Counted from the first letter of the stretch, positions 22,991 through 36,445 are shown. The stretch is 64,000 nucleotides of DNA from Octopus sinensis (GCF_006345805.1 NC_043011.1:25804464-25868463), one strand, 5' to 3'. Program-made: numbers and translations. Notes: generated by a model not told the origin, from the sequence alone.

Positions 22991-24289
22991 TGCAAGTATA
23001 TATATATATATATATTTTTAAGGTTGGAACTTGAAGTAGATAAAGCTATAAGAAATATCATGTAGAATACAGGGTAAAAAGTTTTCGGTTGTAAAATGAG
23101 TCTTCTCTCCCGGACGCTGCAAAGAGGAAGTGTGATAGTGTTAAATAAAAGTAGTTACACGAAGCCGAAATGATAGAGATCTTCCTACGGTCACAATAAC
23201 TAGGCGTATTTTGACTATCAGATGTCTTCTTAAATTACTTATTGGCAATGCAAACCCACATCAGTTGCTTCATCTTCCAGAAACAAGGAAATAAGTAAAT
23301 AAGAAATAAGTAAATAAATAAATAAAAATTAGAAATTGAGGGGAAAAAAATATAAAGCAACAAAACAAGTAAGCCGAAGGAAAGTTTTGTTCATCTCGCT
23401 TTCGTTTTGCTTTTCTCTCTTCTAATCATACAATTGTGCGTGCGTGTGTGTATGTGATATTATCGTATATGCATCATCATCATCATCATCATCATCGTCA
23501 TCGTCGTTGTCGACATCGTCATAGTCGTCGTCGCCGTTATCATCCCTTTACGTCAACCTTCCACTGGACGGATAGTCAATCATCACGGTGCAGAGCAGCT
23601 GTTCGTATTCGGAGTTACTGTCACCTTCGACAGGTAAAGGGACTACGTACATTTCGCTCATACAGTTTATCTGAGGCATTTTTCCTGTGATTGACGCTCT
23701 ACCTGATGCCAGCCACTTCTCAGGATGTACTGGGGGGCATTTTAGCGTAAGCACATGCACGACTTTGAAGCGAGAGCGATTGGCGAACTGAGTAAGAAGG
23801 AAAAATATGATGAATGTGTGATGAGACAAACAGAGTGAATAAAGCGTAAACGTGGTAGAGGAGTGAGCGACAGAGAGAGAGAGAAAGAGAGAGGGGAGAC
23901 AGAAAGAGAGAGGGGAGAGAGGGAGAGAGACACTGAGGAGGAGAGAGAGAGTGCTAGGAGCTAGGAATAATGGAAGAGAGACAGCAAAATTTAGGTGTTA
24001 TGAAAGTGTGTAATGGCGGAAGACAATGGACTAGGGGCAGTAATGGAGGCAACGAGATTGTTGGTAAGAGAGAGCGCGGAATGAGACGTGGCTGTTTGAG
24101 CGCTATTGATTTGGTGCAGCTGACATTCAATTTGTTTTGGGCGATAGTACGTTTTGGTACCAAAAGCAGATACACACACACACACACGTACATACACGCA
24201 CCTTTCACAAAACCTCGATACGGATGAAATAAGAGTGTAAACATTCTTTCTACATTATTCATATCTAACGCGCAGTGAGGATTTATAAT

Positions 24290-24507
24290 ATTGGTTTCAA
24301 AGTTTGGCACAAGGCCAGCAGTTTCGGGGAAAGGATACGTTGATTACATCGACCTCAGTGCTCGACTGATACCTATTTTATCGACTCACCCAAAGAGTAA
24401 AAGGTAAAGTCGACCCACGGAAGAATTTGAACTCAGAACATAAAGACGGACGAAATACCGATAAGCATTTTGCCCGGCGTGCTAACGATTCTGCCAGCTC
24501 ACAGCCT
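24290..24507 (-). mobile_element. SINE family B copy (tail type cttgtgccaaa..ttgaaaccaat)
   Basis: Reverse complement of the family B head and central domain. Confidence 0.8.
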
Positions 24508-24828
24508 TCAGAATTTGTAATATTAAAATCAATTTCAATTTTTCTGATTCACACTGTGTCGCAGTGGTATCATTATCTTAGACATACTTAAAAGAATTAA
24601 AGATTTGAAAATCGAAACCTAGATCAGCTATATTGGACACACAGTACAAGACAGGAACTGAAAAATATCTAAGCAACTTCTACGCATAGATTTACTGACT
24701 ATCTTTGACTTGACTTGCCGGATTCCAGATTATTTCAAAGGGAAGGAAATTCAGAAACAGTTGCAGCAGGACACCAGGACAGCAGGCCTGAGATATGTTG
24801 TCTTTGAGCAAGGGGTACTGGGTACACG

Positions 24829-24878
<50 letters not shown>

Positions 24879-24998
24879 TATATGTATATATATGATGGAG
24901 GTATGTTGGATTGTTGGCATGGCTGTTTTTGTATATGTGGATCAGTATCATTGGATTGTTGATATGACTGTGGAATAGTATTATAGCACATCCTTTTG

Positions 24999-25040
<42 letters not shown>

Positions 25041-25089
25041 CTATATATATATATACACTTATAAGAGACCAAAGTGTACGTACGCCGCT

Positions 25090-25549
25090 ATATTTATATA
25101 AAAAGGAATACCAAAAATGGGACAAGAACGCAAAACATCCAGACAGATGATACAAAAAAAGGACAACAAAGCATCCAGACAGACGATACAAAAAAAACAA
25201 GAACGGGTCATTCGAATTTTCTTTCTTCAGTCGAGTTCCAGATTATCTTTGCAATTTCGGCTGGTTATACTCAAGATTGCTCCAATTTAGACAGCCACAA
25301 GGAAAAACTAAGTTAAGAGCACTAGATTCCTTGGAAGAAAGCAGCGAATGTATACGAAAATAAGGACGGAAAAAACGGAGAAATGGTACGCAAATACAAA
25401 TGCAAATACAGGATATTTGCATTTGTGTACCATTTCTCCGTTTTTTTCCGTATGTATTCGCTGCTTTCTTCCAAGGAATCTAGTGCTCTTAGCTTAGTTT
25501 TTCCTTGGTGCTGTCCAGATTGGAGCAATCTTGAGTATAACCAGCCGAA
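25090..25549. mobile_element. Family P2 foldback: inverted repeat 25256-25549
   Basis: Left arm ttcggctggttatactcaagattgctcc...acaaatgcaaata, spacer of about 5 nt, right arm tatttgcatttg...ggagcaatcttgagtataaccagccgaa. Confidence 0.88.
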
Positions 25550-26054
25550 TATTTTGTAATATTTATGTTTAGAAGGAAAGTGTTTTCTAAGAAGAATTAA
25601 GATTTTGCCTACTCGAACGGTTAAGTTGATGTAGTATGCCGTGTGAACCATGTGATGAGTCTTTCTCTGCTCTTTTGTTTATGTTGTTGTTGCTTTTTCT
25701 GCACGTTTTTGGCCTAGCTAAGAGCTCTAGACACGAGATTTTTTTCTTTGTAGCCCTTTCTGAGAAGAGATTTCTTGGAATAGAGTACAGCGTCTGTGAA
25801 ATTTTGCCTATTTACAGGGGGCAAGAGACTTTACGGGAGGTTTTGAGTGTATGTATGCGTTTGCATGCATGCATGCACGTATGCATGTATGTATGTATGC
25901 ATGTATGTATGTATGTATGTATGTATGTATGTATGTATGTATGTATGTATGTATGTATGTATGTATGCATGTCTGTCTGTATGTATGCATGTATGTATGT
26001 ATGTATGTATGTATGTTGTGTCTGTGTATGTCCCGTCTGTTCATCTATCCATCC

Positions 26055-26150
<96 letters not shown>

Positions 26151-26557
26151 GTCTGTCTGTCTATCTATACTTGTTGAAGGAAGCAGGCCGAAACTTCGAA
26201 GTTTCATTCTTACAACTACCCTTATCAAAACTTTGATATGCCCTTTACTAAAGAGTATTCAGTAATTATTCCGTCTAATGTAAATTTGCTTTTATTTATA
26301 ACTCGATATAAAAACAAACATTAATATTTATACATATGTATATATTTATATATATGTATTTGTGTATGTATGTACTTATGTCTATTTGCATGTGAATATA
26401 AGCATGTATATGTGTGTATGAGTGTATACACACCCAGGCACGAACACAGGCACATAAATGAATTTAATGTGAATATAGGTTGGCATCTCTATGTTCCAGC
26501 GGAGCGTTCTTTTTCAACGTGCGCGCGTTGATCATACCCATGTGTGCACACGTAAGT

Positions 26558-26593
<36 letters not shown>

Positions 26594-26616
26594 TATATAT
26601 TATATAATATATATAT

Positions 26617-26660
<44 letters not shown>

Positions 26661-26663
<3 letters not shown>

Positions 26664-26987
26664 AGTTGTACTCTCGCATAGCAAGTGATTTGATCTGAGA
26701 TCGTGTGCTGAAACGAAAACAATTGGAGCGTGGAAGGTGTTTTGTAAGCCATTTAAGAAACACACAAAAGCCGTTCGATTCACTTCAACATTTAAGTTTA
26801 ATTTGTCAAAATATTTTCGTCGCTAAAATCCGCGACCTGTTCACTGAGCACGGATTTTTGTCAGTGAACAGGTCGAAAATTTTAGCGACGAAAATATTTT
26901 GACAAATTAAACTTAAATGTTGAAGTGAATCGAACGGCTTTTGTGTGTTTCTTAAATGGCTTACAAACACCTTCCACGCTGCAATTG

Positions 26988-26989
<2 letters not shown>
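26661..26989. mobile_element. Foldback element: inverted repeat 26718-26989 (about 130-bp arms, 13-nt spacer)
   Basis: aacaattggagcgtggaagg...gacctgttcactga-gcacggatttttg-tcagtgaacaggtc...ccttccacgctgcaattgtt, embedded in (TA)n on both sides. Confidence 0.9.
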
Positions 26990-27064
<75 letters not shown>

Positions 27065-27639
27065 CTTATTGTCGTGCACATGTATGTGTACAAACGTGTA
27101 AATACCTACATTAATAACTATGGCAATATTCTTTAACCTTAATATAGAAATAGTAATATAAAATTAGTTCTACCAATGACTGAGGCGTCTCTCAAATGCA
27201 GTCTATTGACATAAGAATTGCTCGGCGCTTTGTGCCAGCCATTTCTCTGCGATAGTTTTCAATACATTTAATTCTTTTTTTTATAATTGGTTTTGTTTTA
27301 ATGAAAGCTAAGTCGTTTATCCCAAGACTTGAGGAGTTGAGCTAAAATGAATTGAGTGATATGCCTAAGGAGACATTGTAATTAAAATGTATGTTTGTAA
27401 AGTGTAGAGCGTGTGGGAAGTGTTTGGGGGGACGGGGGAAAGATAATGTGTGATTAAAATATAAAAAGTATTATGATCAAACAACTATATCTGTGTTAGG
27501 CAAATGTAATGAAGAAAAATAAACAAGAAAAATAGAACAATAACAAAAAAAACCTTCCCTCCCTAAAAAAAGAACAATGAAATGCAAAAACCGAGCTAAT
27601 TGGTTTATTATATTTTTTCACAGGTTAAGTGTATATTGT

Positions 27640-28006
27640 AACAACAACAACAGCAACAACAACAACAGCAGCAGCAGCAATAATTAAAACATGATATTAT
27701 AGTTACTTTTATTATTATTATTATCATTGTTCCGCCAGAACTCATTACTTGCAAGTAATCATCACCATCTTCCTCACCCTCCTACTCTTCCTCGCCCTCC
27801 TTCTCCTCCTCACTCTCCTTCTCATCCTCACCCTCCTTTCCTTCCTCATTCTCCTTCTCTTCCTCACTCCTTCCTTCTCCACACCCTCCTCCTCCTCATC
27901 ATCATCACTGTCTTCGTTGTCTGTCGTCGTTGTTGTCATTAATATTAGCATTTTGTGTGTAACCATTATACATTAAGAAACCATCATCATTCATCATCAT
28001 CATCAC

Positions 28007-28063
<57 letters not shown>

Positions 28064-28275
28064 AGTCATCATCATCGTCCCTCTTCCTCCTTTCCCCTTC
28101 TCATGACGATAATAATGATGGTTATGTTGATTGTCGTCGTCGTCGTTATCATCGTCGTCATCATCATCATCATCATTTGCTTTAATTTTACATTTTTGAG
28201 CTAAAAAATCATTATTGTCATTATTGAGATTATCATTATTAATATTATTATTATATAATGTTATAATTATCATTA
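27640..28275. repeat. Composite trinucleotide low-complexity tract
   Basis: Successive (CAA/CAG)n, (CCT/CTT)n, (CAT)n and (TAT)n arrays. Confidence 0.85.
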
Positions 28276-28779
28276 TTATTGATCAAACTGAACTGTAGAA
28301 TGGCGCCTCACATTATAATTGCTTTCATTATGAAGGAGATTATTGTAAAAGAGAGCCTGTAACAATTACGATAGCTCTGGCTTCTTAGTCGGCGCGATCT
28401 CTCAACGTAAGGGTAAGAGGTTATCTGACGCTAGACAAAAGAAAGTCTTGAATTCAGGTACAGCACTTGATAGCTTAAAAGTCGCACGGGTAATCTAAGT
28501 TGCACTCTAATTTCAGCAGCGCATATTCAGGAAAAACAGTTTTTGGAGCATTAAAGCTTCTGGGAGGCCCAGTGTCGCTTATGGGATACGGTATGATATT
28601 TTGAGACCTTTTATTTTGGAACAAAAAGTTAGGCGTCTTATATGCCATCAAAGGCAGTAGTTTAAAATAGCGAGTGAACGGTCGACTGTAAGCTGAAGTT
28701 TAATGAAATAGAGCTAGTTGAATAAGGACCGGAACAGAAGACGATATATGTGCGTTGAATATTATAATTGTTCTTAATT

Positions 28780-28910
28780 TCCGCCCAAGGCCAACAGTTT
28801 TATGAGGAGACCTTGGCCGGTACTATTTTTATTTTTATCAACCCCGATGAATGAAAAACAGTTGATCTCAGCGTAATTTGAACTCAGAACGTAAAAAGCC
28901 GGAACGAAAT
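28780..28910 (-). mobile_element. SINE family B degenerate partial copy
   Basis: Contains atttgaactcagaacgta and ttttatcaaccccga..atgaaa. Confidence 0.6.
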
Positions 28911-29020
28911 CTCCGACCGATTATGCTCAGCCACACCCTCTGTTAAGCATTCAGTACAATTGAATACTACATGCAGTGAAAGATAATTGTTTAGCTGTAC
29001 GATATTATGGTGTATTACAA

Positions 29021-29252
29021 GGCGGCGAGCTGGCAGAAACGTTAGCGCGCTGGGCGAAATGCTTAGCGGTATTTCGTCTGCGTTACGTTGTGAGTTCAAA
29101 TTCCGCCGAGGTCGACTTTGCCTTTCTTCCTTTCGGGGTCGATAAATTAAGTACCAGTTACGCACTGGGGTCGATGTAATCGACTTAATACCTATGTCTG
29201 TCCTTGCTTGTCCCCTCTGTGTTTAGCCCCTTGTGGGTAATAAAGAAATAGA
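29021..29252 (+). mobile_element. SINE family B, full-length
   Basis: ggcggcgagctggcagaaacgttag...gagttcaaattcc...ccccttgtgggtaataaagaaata. Confidence 0.88.
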
Positions 29253-29329
29253 TATTATGGTGTATTATATGGAATAAAACAAGATTCCTTTATATACCTT
29301 ATTTTTTATTGCGTAATGAAGTAAGTTGT

Positions 29330-29505
29330 TTATCTTTCGAATTTTACTCGGTCCAGTCATTGGACTGCAACAATGCTGGGGTACTTCCTTGAAAGCTTTT
29401 ATCAAACAAATTGATCCTACCATTTTTAAAGTCTGGTATTTATTTAATCGGACTCTTGTGCCAACCGCAAATTTTATGAGGGATGGGGGACAAACACAAA
29501 CAGAA
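29330..29505 (-). mobile_element. SINE family A tail, diverged
   Basis: cagtcattggactgcaacaatgctgg...gggggacaaacac. Confidence 0.6.
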
Positions 29506-29846
29506 ACACACACCACCACCACAACAAACACAACAAACAAAAACTCACAATGTATTGCTAAATTGTACTCTCTCTCTATACATACATATATATATACATA
29601 CATGCATACATATATACATACATACACACATATATGTGTGTTTGTGTGTGTGTATTCATACATACATACATATATATATGTGTATGTGCATATAAATATA
29701 TATGCATTTATATATGAATATATATATATATACCCTCCTTCCCTTCTTTCCTGAGCGTTAATAATACTTTAATTGTTCCACGTCCTGCGTTGCTGTGTTT
29801 TTTTCTCTTTTTTCTCTTTTTTTCTGTGTTTTCTTGTTTGGATTAA

Positions 29847-29904
<58 letters not shown>

Positions 29905-30247
29905 GTGTGCATGTATACACACATGCACACACGTACAGACACACACACAGACATACACACAAACACACACACATAGTAAAAAAGTTTTGTTTAACATAAT
30001 AAGAGTCATGTTCTGTGGTGTATCTTTTGGCGGCTGTTTATTTTTTTCTCAATAAACCCATTTGAACATGAAGAAAATACACAATGAGAGTAACCAATAA
30101 TTTCTTTTCTGATTTTCCAAGAGTTACAACATCGATTTCCCTGCAAAGGTTACAGAGGTTATGTAGGAGTAGTAAATGGGAATGAGAAGATCTGAGGTAT
30201 TTTCTTTCATAAAAAATTAATTAATTATACCGTGTTAATAAGAAATA

Positions 30248-30280
<33 letters not shown>

Positions 30281-30583
30281 GCATCGCAGAAATAAGAAAA
30301 TAAGGCAGATAGATAGAATGAGGAAGGGGGAACTGAAAAGGAAAAACAAGGACAAACGAGAAACTCATCAATCTTAGATCAAATAGGTTTATTGAGAAAC
30401 AATTCAAAGAAATGTGATCGTTGCATCACAGAAACTAAATTCTTTATTATCCATCTCACTCAAAAAGCAGAAAACTACATACATGTCTAAAATATCGTTG
30501 TGCCACTTAACTAACCGACAGGGACTTGGTGAAAAAGTTCCTTAGAATGATATACACGCACACATCTACATGCGCATACCCAC

Positions 30584-30614
<31 letters not shown>

Positions 30615-30825
30615 TGTATGTATGTATGTATGTATGTATGTATGTATGTATATATGTATGTATTTATGTAAGTATGTATATATGTATGCATGTATGTATA
30701 TATATATGTATAAGTATATGAATATATATATATATATATTCACCAGTGGTGCCCCAGCATGGCCGCAGCCTTCGGGCTAAGGCATTTTAAAGGATTTTAG
30801 GATATATATATATATATATATAGTG

Positions 30826-31320
30826 AGTATTTACACCAAAAAAAGACGAAAACAGGTGTGTAAACAACAAACAGATGTATTAGTTTAACGCTCGGAAAGT
30901 GAGAAAGTCTTTTACGTTTCGAGGCTACGCTCTTCGACAGAAAGGAACACGGAAATAAGCAGAGAGAGAAAATAGAAAAAGGTTTAGTAGTTTGCGATCT
31001 ATCATGACGAATGCCGGACAGAGGGGTCACACAGGAGAGCTAGGAAGAAGGGGAGATAATAAAGCAGTGGTGATCCCAAAAACGAAGGCATCACATATCT
31101 CAACTACTAAAGGCAAATACACTGCAGTTACTGTGGAGAAAAAAATCTCTCGTATGGTAAAAAGTTGTAAAAACACACCGTTCGTTCAGTGTCGCCCTCC
31201 CTCGGGAATCTCAGACATCGATGCTTCGTGTTTATTGACTCTTGTCGATGAGATGTACCTAAGTGGGGAAACTCTGAACGAATTGAATAAAGCTGATAGC
31301 TTTATATATAATTCAGCCAA
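30826..31320 (-). mobile_element. PLE-like terminal repeat family P1, copy 3 (longest)
   Basis: Same blocks as copies 1 and 2, plus about 300 bp of extra body. It ends at (TA)n on the minus-strand 3' side. Confidence 0.7.
30907..30945 (-). ncRNA. Minimal hammerhead ribozyme-like motif with variant core
   Basis: The minus strand reads CCUUU-CUGUCGA-A-GAG CGUAGC CUC-GAAAC-GUA-AAAGAC, with cleavage triplet GUA. Confidence 0.6.
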
Positions 31321-31899
31321 CACATTAACTGATTTGCGCTAGTGGATCGCCCGATCGAGAAAAATATTGGAGTAATGGCGCTAAGCAGTGTTTACGTATA
31401 ATCACAATTTAGGTTGAAATATATATATATATATATGTATAGACATATATGTGTGTGTATGGGGGTATTTATAATCGTTTAGAAAATGAATAAAACCTCG
31501 TTTACAAAATGCTCTATTCAGTAAAGGATTCTTTCATAACCGGCGGACTAACAAGTTTACTAGAAAAGAATCTGCCACGCACGCACACACCCACAAACGC
31601 ACGCACAACACACACACACACACACACACGCGCGCACGCACACACACATACAAACACGAACATAAACACGCACAATCACATGTATAACGGTACTTGTTCT
31701 CGTGATCAAAGGAAGATGACCAAGGCAAGCAAATTGTATGACACGAATTGCAGACTTTTTTCTATAAACTAGAGGTTGTAAGCTGCATGCATCCACGCAA
31801 GCTCAGTTACACGTCCGCACGTGTATAGATTAACAGTCGGCGTTTCACTGCACTGTAACTCGCAGGTTCATAAGATGACGATAATTTATCCGTCGGAAC

Positions 31900-32469
31900 C
31901 TGTTTATTTGTATGTCAGCCCTTTCACACTTACTTCGTTCATTCTACTCTTCGCTCTTTCGTTCTCCCTCTCTCACATTTACTGGCCTTCTCTTCATGCT
32001 CACTTTCCCTCCTCCTTCACTTCAGTGTCCCTTTCATTTTTTTCTCACCCCTCCTTAATTCTTCTATCCCCCTGCCTCTACTTCTCTCTCTTCTCTCTCC
32101 CCACGTGACCGGTGTTCGGTCAAGCCTGACTTTTCTTTTTGGTTCGACTACCATCCGTGCAATATTTACATTCCTCCCTGCGCTCGTCAAATCTTATGTC
32201 CCTGCCGTGAGGCTTTACTTCCACACACGCCAGCTTAATTTAATTCGTCTTTAGTCGAAAGATACCTGTTGTTATGTCCTGTTATTTGCATTTGTATTTG
32301 TGTAACATTTCTCCGTTTTTTTCCGTCCTTGTTTGCATATACATTCGCTGCTTTCTTCGAAGGAATCTAATGCTCTTAGCTTAGTTTTTCCTTGGGGTTG
32401 GCCAGATTGGAGCAATATCGAGTATAACCAGCCGAAATTGTAAAGACAACCTGGAACTCGACTGAGGAT

Positions 32470-32470
<1 letters not shown>
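31900..32470 (+). mobile_element. Family P2, copy 3 (with longer 5' extension)
   Basis: 32270-32470 matches the 25417-25549 arm and 9170-9310. Confidence 0.65.
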
Positions 32471-32500
<30 letters not shown>

Positions 32501-32503
<3 letters not shown>

Positions 32504-32873
32504 TTTTATTCTTTTATTTATTTTTGTTATTTGACTGCAGCAATGCTGGAGCACTGCCTTTGGTAGAACAAATCGACCCCTGGATTTATTCTTTGTAAGC
32601 CTAATACTTATTCCATCGGTTCTTCTGCCGAACCGCTATATTACGGAGACGTAAACACACCAGCATCAGTTGTCAAGCGATGGTGGTACAAACACACACA
32701 CGCGCATATATACGACGGGTTTCTTTCAGTTTCCGTCTACCAGATCCACTCACAAGGCTTTGGTCGGCCTGCGACTGTAGTAGAAGACACATGCCCAACG
32801 TATCACACAGTGGGACTGAACCCGGAACCATGTGGTTAGGAAGAAGCAAGCATACCACACAGTCACTCCTGCG

Positions 32874-32875
<2 letters not shown>
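32501..32875 (-). mobile_element. SINE family A, full-length
   Basis: Head and tail as at 4981-5390, with a very short internal microsatellite. Confidence 0.85.
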
Positions 32876-32937
<62 letters not shown>

Positions 32938-33851
32938 TCTACATGTATTAAGCTGTCTTTACTTCTATTAGCTAACATCAACACTCACACTCGTACACCA
33001 ACGCACACACCTACACACATACATCCGTATAGTTACATCGAGTTACACACGAGTTACACACAAAGGAAGAATACTGGAATTTGTTTTTTAATTAAAAAGC
33101 AAGTACATTCCAGAATATCTCTGAAAAAAATTATATTTTTTAATTTGAGTAAAACAAAACATAGATATGTTTTTCAGCATTGTGATGGTTTTAATTTTCA
33201 TATTTGGTTTTTGTCTTAATTTTTTTGCGTGCGCGCGCGTGTGTGTGTGTGTGTGTGTGTGTGTAGGTGTGAGACCCATTTTTGTTCTCACAAAGTGTTT
33301 GTTATTCACTTATGTGATTTGATATCGACAGCCAACAATTAATTCAATCTCAATACTTAAATGATATTTATTTTACCATCACCGGAAGGATAAAGAATTT
33401 AAGTTATCCTCAACCCCTACCTACCATCAATATTTGATCTGGGAAGATAATTACACATCATTTAATTATTGCAAAATATTTCTTCTGGTCTTCTATTCGG
33501 CCAGTCCCTCATTCATGTTCTGTAATGGGGAATGAGACAACCAGACGCACACGCGAGCGCATATAAATATACACGTAGAAAATAGAAAGTGAAAGATAGA
33601 AAGGAAGGAAGAAAGGAAGAAAGAAAATAAGAGGGGTGGTGGTGGTGGTAAGACAACTATTAAAACGTCTGATTTCAAATGAGTCAGCGTCAAATCAGCG
33701 ACGTTAAATATGCGGCGCCAAACGGCTGTGCTCAAAACGTGTCGTGCCCTCTACTGTTATGTGTTTCTAACATCGTCCAAATGACCAGAAATTTGTGGGG
33801 GACAAAACAGGCAATTATATCTACTATGGCACTTACTGGGTCTATATTCAG

Positions 33852-33965
33852 AGTCGATTAAATAAGTACCAGTTACGCACTGGGGTCGATGTAATCGACT
33901 TAATCTCTTTGTCTGTCCTTGTTTGTACCCTCTATGTTTAGCCCCCTGTGGGCAATAATGAAATT
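33852..33965 (+). mobile_element. SINE family B 3' half
   Basis: gtcgattaaataagtaccagttacgcactggggtcgatg...gggcaataatgaaat. Confidence 0.75.
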
Positions 33966-33984
33966 CTTGTTGTTGTTGTTGTTG

Positions 33985-34040
<56 letters not shown>

Positions 34041-34339
34041 TATTATTCATTAATATGTTCTAAACTGTAGTTGCTGACTTCAATTTAATGTTTGTGGTAC
34101 CTGTAGAGCAGTAATACATTGCAAGTGAATTTTTCAAATCCTTAACACAATCACCATGTCTCCCTCCACTCACTGTATAGATTTATCTCTAGTATTCTAC
34201 ACCCATCTAAGCCACCCACCGTTGAATATTTGACCTGATCTTCCTCAACTTCAGCTATTTTGTATATATATGTATGTGTAATTATATGAATGTATATATA
34301 ACATTATGTTGTTGTTATACTAGTGCATGTTAATTTAGT

Positions 34340-34705
34340 CGGCAAGCATTTTTATCTTGTGGTTTGGTGACAACAAGTCTTTTCGAATCTCAAGAAGCTT
34401 TCTTAGGAGTCTTGCAGAATATGGGATGGTACTTTTGCGCAGTTCGACAATGCGAGTTTCAATTCCAATTTCATTCTATATCTTAGGTTGCATTTTGTGT
34501 GTCGCGCCATGTGTATCTATTACTACAGGAACAATTGTTGTGTTGGTCTTCCACAGTCCCCTCCGATCTCTGGTTCGATCCTAGTATTTCTCACTTCTTT
34601 TCAATTTCTTTGGTATCGACTCTGCTATCATAGGAAATTGCAGAATCCAAGATGTTATACTCTTTCTTTTATACTCTATAATCGTGTCTAGTCTTCTTGT
34701 CTCAG
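34340..34705 (-). mobile_element. R4/Dong-like (restriction-like endonuclease) LINE 3' fragment
   Basis: Broken frames give RLDTII, ILDSAISYDSRVDTKEIEK, EKY, LWKTNTTIVPVVI, IVELRKSTI and SARLLRKLL. This is the RLE C-terminus pattern. Confidence 0.7.
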
Positions 34706-34710
34706 TAGTA

Positions 34711-34913
34711 TACTCTTTACTCTTTCACTCTTTTACTTGTTCCAGTCATTTGACTGCGGCCATGCTGGAGCACCGCCTTTAGTCGAGCAAATCGATCCGA
34801 AGACTTATTCTTTGTAAGCTTAGTACTTACTCTATCGGTCTCTTTTGCCGAACCGCTAAGTTACGGGGACGTAAACACACTAGCATCGGTTGTCAAGCGA
34901 TGTTGGTGGGACA

Positions 34914-34970
<57 letters not shown>

Positions 34971-34972
34971 CC

Positions 34973-35011
<39 letters not shown>

Positions 35012-35175
35012 CGATAGGCTTCTTTCAGTTTCCGTCTACCAATTCCACTCACAAGGCTTTGGTCGACCCGAGGATTTAGTAGAAAACACTTGCCCAAGGT
35101 ACCACGCAGTGGGACTGAACCCGGAACCATGTGGTTGGTAAGCAAGCTACTTACCACACAGCCACTCCTGCGCCT
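34711..35175 (-). mobile_element. SINE family A, full-length
   Basis: Head, microsatellite and tail are all present. Confidence 0.88.
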
Positions 35176-36079
35176 GTATGGTCAGTCTTTATGGTAAAGT
35201 CCTTCAAGAACTTGTAATTCTAATTTTTTTTATCACATCCTCTGGTTCGTGTTCATACTACTTATCTGTTGTTTTGAAGCTACATACTCGGCTAACATCC
35301 CAATACACTCCTTTGCCTACACAGTCATGTCTACGATTGCATTATCAGTGAAGCGCAAGTCAAAATTCCTGAAAATTATTATCTTTAAATACAGGAGATG
35401 CGATAAGTCAAATAATATTCGAAGGGCATGGCTGTGTTGTTAATATGTTAGTTTTGCAACGTCATGACTTTGCGTTCTACGTCATGCTGTGAGATGAATC
35501 GAGAGTCATCTATCAGAGTCCTGGATCTCCCAAAGTCCTGTGAATGGAACTTGGTGAGACAGGAACTGTATAGAAGCCAATCTGTGGGACCGATGTTGTT
35601 CGTAGTTGGTAAACCCAGTCTATCATCAGGTTGAAGGCTACAATTACCTTTAGTAGAGGCAATATTTATCCCCACTTAAACGTGGATGTTCTAACAGAAC
35701 AAACAATACTGCGGTTGTTAGCACGTGGGAACCTCTCATATTGGCTTTTTGGTGCTAAATGCACTCTTGTTTGTATCACAAGCGGGAGATAAATCCCCAC
35801 TAACTCCAGCGCCGAGAGCACCAGATCGCGTGATTTCAACCTTGTTTGATCTTGTTAATGATGGGCACTCGACCGCTAGAGACAGCAGCGATTCGTCTTT
35901 AGTAGCAGAGCACTAGACACTGTAACAAGTATTTCAACCAGGTCGCTGGTTTGAGGTCACTGGCTTAAGCTTCTCTCTTCCGCACCAACGAGCAATGAAT
36001 CGGCAGAATCATTAGAGCGTAAGAAACATACCTTGCTTTATTTGTATGCATCTCTGTGGCCTGAGTTCAAATCCTTACT

Positions 36080-36379
36080 AAGTAGTAGTTGTGGAGGTGG
36101 TAGCGGTGGTGGTGTTGATGATGGTGTTGGTGGTGCCAGTAGAAGTATTATTGGCGAGGGTGTTTGTTACGGTAGTAATGATGGTGATTGTGGTGGTGGT
36201 GACGGTGCTGGTAATCGCTGTAGTGTAGTCATGATGGCAACCATGATAGCATTAGCAGAGGTGGTGGCGGTAGTAGTAGTAGTAGTAGTAGTAGTGTTGG
36301 GACAGTATTAGCAGTATTAATAGTACTTGTGTAGGCGGTAATAGTTGCCGTAGCAGTAGTAATCGTAGTGGTGGAAGTA

Positions 36380-36425
<46 letters not shown>

Positions 36426-36445
36426 TGTTGTTGTTATTGTTGTAG
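36080..36445. repeat. GGT/AGT trinucleotide low-complexity tract
   Basis: Degenerate (GGT)n and (AGT)n arrays. Confidence 0.8.

Noticed and set aside
25200-25240. CUGAAGA/CUGAGGA in family P2 as a hammerhead core
   Set aside because: There is no GAAA or stem II/III downstream in any of the three copies.
30992-31342. 116-aa ORF
   Set aside because: It lies antisense within the P1 repeat and has no recognisable motifs.
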